Positions 49,096 to 61,530 of a DNA stretch of 64,000 nucleotides are shown here, one piece after another. A model generated the notes under the pieces. That model had not been told where the DNA came from and made no database searches. It worked only from the letters and a program-made list of their open reading frames with translations. Where the stretch lies: the NCBI GenBank assembly GCA_965112735.1, contig OZ218950.1, positions 2,852,001 to 2,916,000 on the forward strand. Direction: 5' to 3'. Source of the stretch: Phaeosaccion multiseriatum (Eukaryota > Protista > Ochrophyta, other classes). The position numbers were made by a program, and so were the translations under genes. Numbering within the stretch: the first letter of the stretch is position 1; the number at the start of each line of letters is the position of its first letter.

Positions 49096-51157
49096 GAGAG
49101 AGAGGCAGAGGGGGACAGGCGAAGGGAGGGAGGGAGGGAGGGAGGGAGGGAGAGGAAGGGAGGAAACGAGGAGGGAAGGGGGGTTAGGGGAACACCTGAC
49201 ACCTGGCACCTGATACCTGACATCTGACACCTGACACCTGACTCCTCACCATGATAGTGTTTACGCGTCGATATGTGTGTCCCTTCTTCTCGATAGAGAC
49301 AATCGACGGCCAAACAAACCGAGCGCCTCTTTACCGTGATCCACAGCGCCGGGTCCACCTGATATGGAGAAGGCTTTTGAGACGCAGCCTTCCTTCGCCT
49401 CGATGAGGATCCTCCTCCTTCTCCATCGTCCTCCTTCACGCCCACGTCTGCCCCCCCCCCCCCCTCCTCCTCCCGCTGCTGCTGTATCATCAACTCCTAC
49501 GAAGGGTCGGCTGGCTTGTGTGTGGTTATAGCCCTGGTTGCTCTCGCCGAGATGACCAGCAGCACCTTCATACACCCCCCCACTGCCATGGCCTCGCACC
49601 GACTGACTCTGAATCTGCCTCTGCCGTGCAGTGGCCCCAAGGCCTTCTCCAGCTGGCGGCGAAGGGGGCGAAGACTCTGGCCTCTCTCTCTCGGTCTCGA
49701 CAGCAGCAGTGTACAAATCGTCGACCATAAGCCGTAGCCCCATCCCGTGCCTACTTATAATAGTGCTACTACTGCTATCTCCCGGATGCGCCCCAGAGGC
49801 GACATAAGCCCTCGCCCCTGTACCATGGCTGCTCCCCTCCCCACTTGCCGCCCAGGAGGTGGCGTTCGGCGGAAGGGGTCCACCCCCACTGGCAAGCCCC
49901 TCGACTTCAAGCTCCTGATTTCCCCTGTAGCCATTGTCGTAGCCGTAGCTCTGGGGTCTGACCGCCGGGGGGGGGGGGGGGGCTACTATGACTGTCTGTT
50001 CCGGCCTCGGGGGAGACCCGGTTCCTGCGCTTCTTCTTTGTGCGTCTGTGCTTGTGGCCCGGGCTGCTATCGCTGCCGCTGCCTCTACTCCTGCTGGCCA
50101 TGAGTTGAGGAAGGGAAGGGGGGTGGGGCGAGGTGGGGGCTTTCTGGAGCCATTGAGGCTGCTGGTGCTGCTGGTGCTGGTGCTGGTGCTGCTGCCCCAA
50201 GTGTTGCTGTTGCCGGAAGTGTTGCTGCATATGTTGCTGCGGCTGTAACTTCTCCCCCTCCTCTTGCTCGTACTCCTCCCGCTCCGGCTGGGCCGGAGCA
50301 CCCCGATGCTGCTGCAGCGCGTAGGGCCGCATGTAGCTCTGGTCCAGGCCGAGGCTGCTGGAGGGTTTTCGTTGTTGCTGTTGTTGTTGTTGTTGTTGTT
50401 GCTGTTGTTGATGATGATGTTGTTGCTGTTGTTGATGCTGTTGCTGTTGTTGCGGCTGGTGATAATGATGCCAGCGATCCTGCGGCTGCTGCTGCTGCTG
50501 CTGCTGCGGCTGTATCACCAACTGCTCGGGCTGCTGCTGTTGGTGGTGGTGGTGGTGCTGCTGCTGCTGCTGGTCGTGTTGGTGGGCTACTCCCCCATAG
50601 CCACCGTGGTAGTACCGTTCCTCCTCGTCTTCTTCGTCCTCTTCCAGCTGCCGCATCTTGCGCTGGGTATGCTCGTTGTGCTCTTGAAGCAGTGAGGGCA
50701 TGACCGAGTGGGCCCAGTTGCTGAAGGCTGGATCGTTGTTGTTATTGTTGTTGTTGTTGTTGTTGTTATTGTTGTTGTTGTTGTTGTTGTCGTTGTGGTT
50801 GACTCCTCGACTGCCCATGCTGCGGCCCAAGGTGGGAGACAGGGTCGGAGACTGGCTCATGGAAAACCCGCCGCCTTGCCATTCACCACCTCTTCCCCTC
50901 CCTCCTCCCGAACCCCTGCTTCCTGGTGTTATATTCTGGGGGTCGTACATTAAAGAAGCGTCCAACTCATTCCCAAGCGAGTGTGCCCGGTGTTGCTGCG
51001 GCGGCTGCTGCGGCTGGTGCTGCTGCTGCTGCTGCTGCAACGGGCCGAAGGAGCTTCGCCCATGGCTTTCCGCGTGAGAGGCCGTTTCTCCTCCCTGCCC
51101 ACTCCGTCCCACCTCGTCGTCCGGTCGCTGCTGCTGCGCTCTCCAGGAGGGATTCAT
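47179..51157 (-). CDS. Uncharacterised Q/S/H-rich low-complexity protein (multi-exon; apparent frameshifts at two homopolymers)
   Basis: Long protein-like ORFs 49907-51157, 49261-50301, 48858-49493, 48141-48480 and 47179-47880 with GT-AG junctions. No recognisable domain. Confidence 0.6.
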
Positions 51158-52322
51158 GGGGACGAGTGCTGCTCGCTTCCCTCCTTACTGCTGCTGCTTC
51201 ACAGCTGCTGCTATTGCCCCGAAATGATCATGGCCTTGATCCCTTGTGCCCTCATCCTTACCCCCCTCTCTCCTCTTCTTTTCTCTCTCTTTTCTCTGCA
51301 GTGGAGAGACGCAGCAAAAATAAGGAGGGCAGGGAAGGGGGGCAAGGACGTCAAGAAGGGCGGAGATAGAAATAGTCAAGAAATAATGAGGCTTCACTGA
51401 AGCGGAGCAGCGAGGCTTGAGAAAGGGAGAGCGTCGGCAGGAGCCAGAAGATAACAAAAAACCTCTCCTCCCTCAAGGTCGAGGCTTTGATCCCAAACTC
51501 ACCATAAAACGCCTCCTTCAGCGTGCCTTAATACAGAGACACTGCTGCTCCTGCTCCCGCTCGTCCTCCTTGCGCCGCTGGTGTGGCGGTTGGGACGCTG
51601 TGCCAGACCTTAGAAAATCAAGAATAGAAATCCTTCTCCCAACAAGGTGGGAGCCACGCCAGTCACTCTACCAATAGGAGGAGCGGCAGGAGCAGGAGGC
51701 AGGTGTGCAGGAGGTAGGGCAAAGCAAAGGAGAGCTGCTACCAAAGATTTTAATTCATTAATTCTTCTTCAGTCCCAGATCGCAACGGGGATTGCAAGAT
51801 CGAGGGAGCAATCATAACGAACTCTCACGCTTTCAATTGCACGTTTCGATGTGCTCGACATTTAGAGGCATACGCCACCGGCGGGGCGGCCTGTGAGGCC
51901 AAAACCCGCGGGTTGTTGGCAGGCTCAGTACCACCCGGCCCTCTCGTGTTCGCCCGCTGCCGCTGCTCGGACCTTTAGGTGAGGATATGTTTCTTGTATT
52001 CCGGGGGATGGACGCTCCCTGTGCTGGGGATGCTGCAGGAGCAGTCGGAGTGCTCGAGGCCCACCACATGATACAGAGAGAAGGAATCATTACCCTTTGG
52101 ACTCCTCGCAGCTGCGACCGCCAGTCCCTGCGGAACACTCATACCTGAACCGAATGAGTGTACGGGAGGGGTCGTGTGCCTACACCTGACGCAGTCTTTC
52201 TCTCTCTTCTCCTTTACTTTGCTCCTTGCCCACCTTTCGTCGTTGTTGAACCCCTTCTCAAGAGCAGAGCGACGCGGAGCTGTGGAAAGCAGCAGCAAGT
52301 TGCGGCAGCATTAACCGCGGCC

Positions 52323-54373
52323 ATGCCTTTCCAAAGAACGCCCTCCGTCCTGGCGGCCGCCGTGCTAGCGGCGGCGCTGACCTCCAGCACAGCCTTCGTC
52401 CCCACCTCCTCCTTCACACACTCCTCCTCCACCACCTCACCTTCACCGGCAGCAGCAGCAGCAGGAGGAGGAGGAGGAGCACGGGGAGGAGGAATGCGGC
52501 GCTCTGCTACGACAATGGTGGCGGCTCCCCCGGCCAAGGCTGTGAAGCTGGACAAGATCAATCTGCTGAAGCAGAGCAGCCTGAACCTGCGCGAGCCCGT
52601 CCGCTCGGAGTTTGCCAATGACGAGATTTTCATTAACCACGACGCTTACCAAATTCTCAAGTTTCACGGATCGTATCAGCAGGTATGTGTATCTCAGTAT
52701 ATATATAAATAGAAAAGAAAGGGCGGGGAAGGAAGAGGGAGGAGAAGGTGCGGCATGCCCGGATCTTTATTCCCTTTCGGGGTCGCGTGGTGCGGAGAGG
52801 GGAGGGGGGGGGGGGAGATTGGTCGAGTGATCGACCGAAGGGTATGTGTTGCAATTGACGAGAAAAGGCATGACCAATGATCTTGTTTTCTTACCCGCCC
52901 TCCCTCTCCCCCCCTCCGCACGTGGCTCCCTTCACTCCACATTTCTCTTGTACCGTACGGACGACGATACCCTCACTCGCCCCATTAACACACACAACCT
53001 CACAACCAACCCACACAGGACCACCGCGAGCACCGCAAGAAGGGCGAGCAGAAAGACTACTCCTTCATGCTTCGCCTCAAGATGCCGGCAGGGGAGTGCA
53101 CCCCAGAGCTGTACAAGCTACTTGATAACCTATCCGACGAGATGGGGCAGGGGAACCTTCGCCTCACCACCCGCCAGACCTTCCAATTGCATGGGGTGGC
53201 CAAACACAATTTGAAGCACGTCATTGCCGAGATAATGAACATTGGCGGCTCCACGGTGGGCGGCTGTGGGGACGTGAACCGCAACATCATGACCACACCG
53301 GCTCCGATTCACGACCCTCGCAAGCCTGAGTACGAGTACGCCCGCAAGTACACCAAGGTGAGGAGGACTGAGACAGACGAGGGGGCGTGGAGGAATGAGG
53401 AGGGATGGAGGAGTTGTAGTGGCGGCGATGGATGGGTTGGAAGGGAAGGAGGAAGGATGGGTAGACCTCCTGGGCGGCTTGTCATATCCAAGCAGCAGCA
53501 GCAGCAGCAGTAGGAGGAAGAGCAGGAGCAGGAGCAGCAAGTCGTGGTTCTCTTTCCTGTTTCATTCAGCCAGTCTCCCCCTCCTTTTTTACCCCCCTGC
53601 CTACAATTCTCTTCTTTTCGTTTCTCTCCGTCTTGCTCTCCGTCTCGATACTAACTCAATTCTTCTTCGCCTTGAAACAACACAACACAACCCACGACAC
53701 AAACAATGTGACAACCAACAACAACAAACAACCAACAGGCAATTGCGGATCTCTTGCGCCCTCTTTCCAGCGCCTTCACAGAGCTGTGGCTGGACGGAGA
53801 GAAGGCCGCATCCATCGAGTATTGGAGGAAGGACTACGCGGACATGGACATTGATGCAGAGATGGTCAAGGACAACGGCAGGGGAATCATCCTTGACCAT
53901 CCTGTCGAGCCCCTGTACGGTGACTTGTACCTGCCGAGGAAGTTCAAGATTGGAGTGACGGTACCGGGGGACAATAGCATTGACATTTACACCAATGACA
54001 TTGGAGTGGTGGTGGTGACGGACCCGGCGACGGGCGAGCTCGAGGGTTTCAATGTGATGGCTGGGGGAGGGATGGGGCGCACGCATGGTAAGGACACAAC
54101 CTTTGCTCGGGCGGCGGACCACATGGGATTCGTGCCCAAGGAGGACATTTTGGAGTGCTGCAAAGCCATCTTGGCGGCGCAGAGAGACCACGGCAATAGG
54201 TGAGGGAGGGAGGGAGGGAGGGAGGGAGGGGCTACTTAGTCAATGGAGGGAAGGAGGGAGAGAGGGAGGGAGGGAGTGCTGTATCAAGGGATGGGAGGAA
54301 GGAGGGAGGGACTACTTAGTCAAGGGAGGGAAGGAGGGAGGGAAGGAACGTTGCTGACGAATAGAGTCAAGGC

Positions 54374-54404
<31 letters not shown>

Positions 54405-55373
54405 GGAACCACCTCTGTGGCGGGGGCTTTCACCTGCCCCCACGTGGGGCGGGATGATGGATGCCTGGAAGGTAAACAGGCAACGCTGAGTGGTTTTGAC
54501 TGATGTGGTGGTCTCTGTCCCTCTTTGCTTAACAGTGTTTCGCGTTCACTCTCCGCCGCCGCCCCTCATGCTTGGTTTTGCTAACTTGTTATATGGCAAT
54601 ATCGATGTACTCTGTCTGTCCCGTCCTGTCAGGGAGATTCGAGCCAATGCCCGAATGAAGTACCTCGTACACACGCTCGGCATGGATCGTTTCCGCACCC
54701 TCGTGGAGAGCTACATGGGCAAGCGAGTGCAGCCCTGGAGGGAGATGAAGAAGTGGAAGTACAGCGACTGGCTGGGCTGGCACGAGCAGGGGGACGGCAA
54801 GCTCTTCTACGGCGTCAACATTGAGCAAGGAAGGATCATCGACTCTCCCAAGGTCCAGCTCAAGACGGGACTCCGCGCCCTCATAGACAAGTACAACTTC
54901 CACGTCGTCTGCACGCCGAACCAGTCCCTCATCATCAAGGACATTGCCCCGTCGCAGAAGGAGGAAGTCACCGCCCTGCTGGCCTCGTACGGTGTGCTCC
55001 CCATTGAGAGCATCGACCCTCTGACTCGCCTGTCCATCGCCTGCCCTGCGCTGCCCATGTGTGGCCTCGCCATCACGGAGGCCGAGCGCCGTATGCCGGA
55101 GTATGTGGAGCGAATCCGCGCCCTGCTGAACCAGGAGGGACTGGGGTCGGAGGAGATTATGATCCGCATGACTGGATGCCCCAACGGCTGTGCAAGGCCT
55201 TACATGGCTGAGCTGGCGTTTGTCGGTGACGGACCACAGAGCTACCAGGTACGTGTAACCCCTCCTCTCAGTTTTTACTACACTCTCTCTTTCTCTCTTA
55301 TCTCGATATCACATTCCTCACACCCGAACCTACCCACCCCACCCCTGTCCTACCCTACCCAATCCTCCTACAC

Positions 55374-55426
<53 letters not shown>

Positions 55427-55669
55427 CACACGCACACGCACACACACACACAGGTGTGGGTTGGGGGCTCTCCCGGCAACGAGCACGTGGGCTATGTGTT
55501 CCAAGACCGCATGAAGGACGTGAAAATGGAGGAGACTGTCTCGGGCCTGCTCAAGGCCTACAAGAAGGGCAGGATCAACGAGCCGGGCACGGACTACCCG
55601 GAGGCCTTTGGAGACTTTTGCCATCGCCTTGGAGCCGACCAACTCAAGGCCGCCGTCGCAGCTGTGTAA
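52323..55669 (+). CDS. sir: Ferredoxin-dependent sulfite reductase, plastid-targeted
   Basis: Signal peptide ending STAF-VP, QILKFHGSYQQ, SFMLRLKMPAG, LRLTTRQTFQLHG, CGDVNRN, YLPRKFKI, siroheme/4Fe-4S ligands ACPALPMCGLA and RMTGCPNGCARP. Confidence 0.95.
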
Positions 55670-56527
55670 GAGGTGCCGCAGAGCGCTTAGCGCATAGACG
55701 AGGGAGGGAGGAAGGAAGGGACGAGGAAGCAGCGGGTGGGGGGCGAGAGCCTGAGGCGGAGGCGGAGGGGAGGGGTGAGGGAAGGAATCAGCGGGGGGGG
55801 GGGAGCGTTGCAGCTTTGTTTGTACTTTTCAATTTTTTGCACGATCAGTAAGTGAGATGCTGCTCACATGCACTGCTGCTGCTGTGCTGCCGCTGTGAGA
55901 AGATGGTTGTGTATTTTGCCCTCTTCTCCTCTCTCGCCTCTCTCCGCCGCCGGATAAATTGACTGCCTATATCATAATTTTAAATACGAGTACTGTAGTT
56001 AGTATCTATACATGCCACTCCACCCCTCCCCCCGCCCCCCCCCCCCCCGGTTCCTCCCGGTTCGGTTCGGGACACGTGTGCCACACTGCATGCCCCACAC
56101 GACAGACGGACAGACAATCAGCACCACCACCACTGCCCCAGGCAGGAATGCCCTTCTCACTCCTGGCCCTGCTCCTGTGGCTGGCGCCTGGCGGTTACTG
56201 CGGCTTGAGCACTACAAGGGGAAAGGACCGGAGAGAGAGAGAGAGAGTGTGTGTATCTCCCCCCTCCCCCTGGCAAGAGGCGAGCAGCTATGAGAAGTCA
56301 TCTCTCGCCCTATTGACTGTGGGGGTCATTGACAAGTGTTGTACAGAGAGAGAGGAAGAGAGAGAGAGAGCAAAGCCGCTTGCTTCCCCATCGCTTCTCC
56401 ACACAAGAGACTCATCCCAGTCCCTCACCTCTCTCTCCCTCCTCTCCCCCCCCGAGCATCAGTATACTTCCCCTCTCTGAATAATTGGCAACTGGCTAGC
56501 GATAGACTGGCGATTGACTGACTGGCA

Positions 56528-59500
56528 TTATGCAGTGGCCCCTCCTGCTGCCGCCTTGGCCTTGGCGAGTGCCGGAGTGTCCTCCAGGATGCGGTCTGCG
56601 CACAGCAGGGCGGACTTGGTTGCTCCCTCCATAGAGTCGATGTAGTCCTGGTAAGTGTAAGAGCCTGAGGGAGGGGGGATGGCAGTGGATGGGGGCGGTG
56701 GATATAGGTGCAAGAGACCGGGCAATGTTAGGGGCAGGGGAGTGGTGTGAGAGGGTGAGGTGGGTGGGAGGTAAATGTGTGTAACCTCCCTCCCTCTCTC
56801 CTCTCCTCTCCCTCCCTCTCTCCTCTTACCAGCCAGGAAGAAGTTCGGGACGTCGGTGCGCTGCGACGGCCTGTACTTATCCAAGCCAGGCCCCTCTCGG
56901 TACAAAGACTCTCCAATCTTCACCACATTGGTCCATGTGCAGTTCAGCTTGGTGGAGCTGGGGAAGAGGCCGTGCACCTGAGTGAGGGAGGGAGTGAGGG
57001 AGTGAGGGAGTGAGGGGGGGGGGGGGAGGGAGGGAGCGTAAGGACTTCCTTGACTTGGTGGACAACAACAAGGGCATGGGGGAAAAGAACAGAGCAAGGG
57101 AGGGGGTGTGGCGGTTTCTCTCCGTACACCCACCCACCCACCCACACACACACACAAACATCCGATGCGTCGGACAGGTGTGCCTAAGGTGTGCCTGGGG
57201 CATGTGTGTCTTGCCGTCTTGCCGTCTTATCGTCTTATCGTACCTGCTTGAGGCACTCTGCGGCGATGGCATCCGTGCTGGCGCCCATCCACTTGTCGCC
57301 GGGGGTCATGACACACTGCAAGAGAGAGCCCTTGCCCTCCTGCGTGTGTGCGCGTGAGTGCATGCATGTGTTTGACGTGTTATGTGATAGCGGGGAGGGG
57401 AGGGGAGGGGAGGGGAGGAGGTCAGTCACCAACTCAAGGAGGCAAAGGGCGGGGAGAAGGCAAGAGAGGCTCCACCACGCACACACGCACACACGCACAC
57501 ACGCACACGCACACGCACCTGGTAGTAGTTGGAGGAGGGGGAGGTGAGGGCGAGGTCGGCGAAACAGCTGAACTCTGCGTCTGCCGAGTACAGGAGGTTG
57601 TCCAAGCCGGGCGCACGGCCCTGCCCAAAGTCTCCGTTGACATTCATCATCTTTTCGTCGTCGTTCATCTCCGTGACCCAGCCATCGAAGCGCAGCTGCA
57701 CAGTGGCAACGGGCACTCCTTTTGGGGGCAGGGAGGGAAGAGAGGAAGGGGAGGGAGGGGAGGGGAGGGGAGGGGGGAAGAGAGGGAAGGAGGCAGGCAG
57801 GCGGGCTGGTGAGGTGAGCAGCCGAGTGGGGGAGGGGGGGTTTCTTCCCGGTAGAGTTGCCTCTGATCATGTGATGAGTGTATGTGTGTTTCATACGTAT
57901 ACATATATATGTAATATATATATAATACATACATGATGAAAAAGCTATTTTGCTCACTGAACCTAGAATCCAACCCAACCCACGCACATACCGTCGAGCT
58001 TGTAGACATTGTCAAACATAGGGAACTTGCGGAAGTTCTCGGGGAGGAGCTTCTTGATACCGGGCACGTCAACTGCGGCCACCACCACGTCAAAATCTTT
58101 GTAGGTCTCTCTGCTCAGATGGCAATGGATGGGAGTGGATGGGAGGCAGGCGAGGGGCACGGACAACGCCAGTCATCATGAGGTGGGCATCGTCCATCTA
58201 TCCACAGAAAACAATAAGCGGGATAAGGAGAGGGGGGGAGGAGGAGGAGGAGGACGAGGAGGAGGAGGACGAGGAGGAGGAGGAGGAGGAGGAGGAAGAG
58301 GAGGATGGGAAGGGCCGTACTCACTCACTCACTCCCTCACTCACCCCTTGCCCTCTCTCTCCGCGAACTCGAGGCCGTTGATCTTGGTGGGCCTTCCCTG
58401 CTCATCCACCTCGTGGCGGATATTCTGCACGCGGCTGCTAGTGGTGATCTAGGGAGAGGGTATCACAGATGGTCAAACAGGGGGCATCAAAAGGGCAGGA
58501 CAATCGGAGGAAGGCAAGGTAAGGCACTGCTATGTAGTATGGGTATGGAGGTCCAGATCAGAGAAGAGCCATCTCTTTCCGTCGGTGCATGATGGTTCCA
58601 TCATCCTTCCTCACCCACGCACCCCCACGCTCTCTCACTCACGCCAACCGCCTGAGCTCGGATGTAGGGCCCCTCCCTCCCCTCCGTCCGTCCCTCTCAG
58701 CAAACACCCAAGAGGGAGAGGAGGGCACCCCAAACAAACCCTACCCCTACCCACCCACCCATCCGCTCATGGACGAACCCACACACCCTCGCACCCGCGC
58801 ACCCATTGACATAATAACACGTACCTTGACTCCTCTCTTGGTGAGGTACTCCTGGATGGGCTTGTGAATAAAGTCCTCAGGTGAGCCCTCAAGCATGCGC
58901 AGCACCGACGCCTCCGTGCGCACCGCAAACAGCTGGAAAATGGTGAGCATGCATCGGGCGCTGATATTGTCGCAGTCAATAAAGCCAAGAGCGTAGGCAA
59001 TGGGGTCCCACATGCGCTCAATGGAGCCCCTGCTGCCGCCCTTGCCCATGAACCAGTCAGTGAAGCTCACTGCGTCTAACGCACGCACATCCTCCATGGC
59101 GGCGTCAAAGTTCACAAGTGCCTTGACCACAGGGCTTGTGGCGAGGGCCACCGCGTTGGCGAGCTTGTCGTAGATGCCCAGTTGTTGTGTGGTGGCGAAT
59201 GCCCACATACCCGTGAACGGGGCTCCAATGCCTCCCAGGCGGAAGTCCAAGGCACCCAGAGATCCACCCTGTGTTAGTGTGTGTGTGGGGGGGGGGGGGG
59301 GGGGGGGGGCAGGAGACGATTGTGAGGCCATCATTGTTATTGAGGGAAGTTGAGAGAAGAGAGTGGGGTGGGTGGGAGGTAGGGCCCGGTAGGAGGGGGC
59401 AAAACCCTCTTTGACTCTGGCAGGTGTGTAGCTCTAAGAATTCCTGCTCTACCTCCAACTCTCTAGCAGGTGTGAGGTGGGAGGTGTGGGGGATCGCTCA

Positions 59501-59636
59501 GGACTGCGGGGTGGGCAAGGAGGAAAGCAGTGACAGAAGGCGGTAGTAGTGGAGCAGTAGTAGAAGTAGCGGTAGAGAGTAGTAGTAGTAGTAGTAGTAG
59601 TAGCAGTAGTAGTAGTAGTCGTAGTAGTAGAGGTAA

Positions 59637-59672
<36 letters not shown>

Positions 59673-61014
59673 CTGTAAGAGACGGGGGAAAGCAGTAGTG
59701 GTGACAACATTCCATCCATACAGGGAAAGGGAAGGGGCGCTTCCCTTGAGAATGCCCCGAGACCACGGTTACCTCCTCCTCCTCCTCCTCCTCCTCCTCC
59801 TCCTCCTCCTCCTCCTCCGCCGCCGCCGCCTTCACCCCCTTTCCCGCTGGCCCGTTGTGGTCCTTGCTCTCACCTTGTTGACAAAGGTGTGCTCATGCTC
59901 CTTCAGTCTCAAGGCCTTCTCGAAGGTCCCCAGTCGACGGAAGATACCAAACAAGTTGTAGTAGCACCCGAAAAACACGTGCAGGCCCATCTCAATGTGA
60001 TTCCCATCCTTGTCTATGAAGCTGCCCACCTTCCCGCCCAGAAAGGGCCTCGCCTCGAAAATCTCCACGCTATGCCCTGCGTCCGCCAGGTCCATCGCAG
60101 TGATCATGCCCGACAGTCCCGACCCAATGATGCCCACTTTCAGCTTCTGATCGTCCGGTAGGGTTATCTCGGGGCCCTTGCGAGCCCGCTCCAGCCGAGC
60201 GGCGTCGAGGAGGCCTTCCTTATCCGCGCCTCGCACCTGTGCACGGCGTGGGAAGAAAGGCAAAGGAGGGGAAGGGAGAGGAGGAGGAGGAGGAGGACGA
60301 CGACGACGAGGAGGAGTTGGAGGAGGGGGAGGAGGAGGAGTTGGAGGAGGGGGAGGAGGGGGAAGGAGGGGGATTTTGGCCGTCAGACGGAATGAATAAA
60401 CAAGAAGGGCGTGTACAGACGATACTCTTTGCGCATGAGAACACTTGTCGGCCTGCTGCCTGTCATGTCTGTGTGCTCGTCTGTCTGTCTGTTTGTCTCT
60501 ACTTTCCGTCTAACTCCCTCTACGGGCCATTCTATGCGGCAGTCATGGAGCAACGCAAGCTGCCGTGATACATGACCTTCCCCCTATGTCATAGCAAACG
60601 ATGTCTCTGTTGCTGTTCTTACCGATTCTACGCCAATGCCCACAGTTCCCGCCAGAGACGAGGCCATGGAGAGACTGCGCCAAAGATACATGACACGGGA
60701 CCAAACGGCCCAGGATACGGCATTCAGGGGAACAGGGGAGAAGGTGAACAAGGAGACTCCGGGGGGCCCGGCCACTACTGAAATAAGAGAGGGCCCAGGG
60801 GCTCAATCAAGCCCAGCATACCCACTCAGAGGAAGGGCACACACCTTGTTGTTGTCGCTCTACCACTACTTTGCCTGCTGCTGCTGCTGCTGCTGCTGCT
60901 GCCTCTTGACCTGAGTGCCGCGATGCGGGGGGCGGCCGAGGGCATGACTGTGAAAGCATCGCCCTGGGGAAGCAGCAGTGCGCCCACCAGCAGCGCAGTT
61001 GCCGATCCCTTCAT
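56528..61014 (-). CDS. ZDS: Zeta-carotene desaturase, plastid-targeted
   Basis: Signal peptide ending GDAF-TV, FAD motif [104 protein letters not shown]. Confidence 0.95.
59579..59671. repeat. (TAG)n intronic microsatellite in ZDS
   Basis: Seen directly. Confidence 0.9.
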
Positions 61015-61530
61015 AATACGCGTAGCTTCTTGCGTCGCTGAGAAGGCTGCGGGAAGGAGGGGGGGGGGAAGGGGGGAGGGCGTATTCGTCAAGGTCAACA
61101 TGCACACACTATTGTACACACAAAGCTCCAGCCAAAGCGGGACCTTCTCTCAACAACTGCACTGCCTAATCTTCCACCGCTGCCGCGGATGCTATTGCGG
61201 CTCGTTGCTCCTGCCCACTGGCCGCGTCTTGATATCCGTCTGCGTCGCTCGCCTTCTGTATGAGCCGTTGTGGTCAGACTACAGTAGACTAAAATAGAGC
61301 CCCAACCTCCCGCCACTCACAACAATTTGCTGCTGTTTGTTACCTTCGATATGACGAGGAGCAAGGACGAGACTCGGTACTCTGAGGCTGAAGGAAGAGC
61401 GGGCAAAGCTCCCTCAAAAAATAAAAGGAGCGAACCCGAGGGGATCCGTTGTGCGTAGCTAGGTGCACCGGTTGGTGGACGTTCACAAATGGTCATGTAA
61501 CGTTCAGAGATATTGTCGAGAGAGTAAAAT

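Noticed and set aside
51903-51914. 12-bp palindrome AACCCGCGGGTT upstream of sir
   Set aside because: Single occurrence; palindromes of this length are expected by chance in 64 kb
52323-61014. Adjacent plastid enzymes sir and ZDS as a metabolic gene cluster
   Set aside because: Unrelated pathways, convergent orientation, and only two genes
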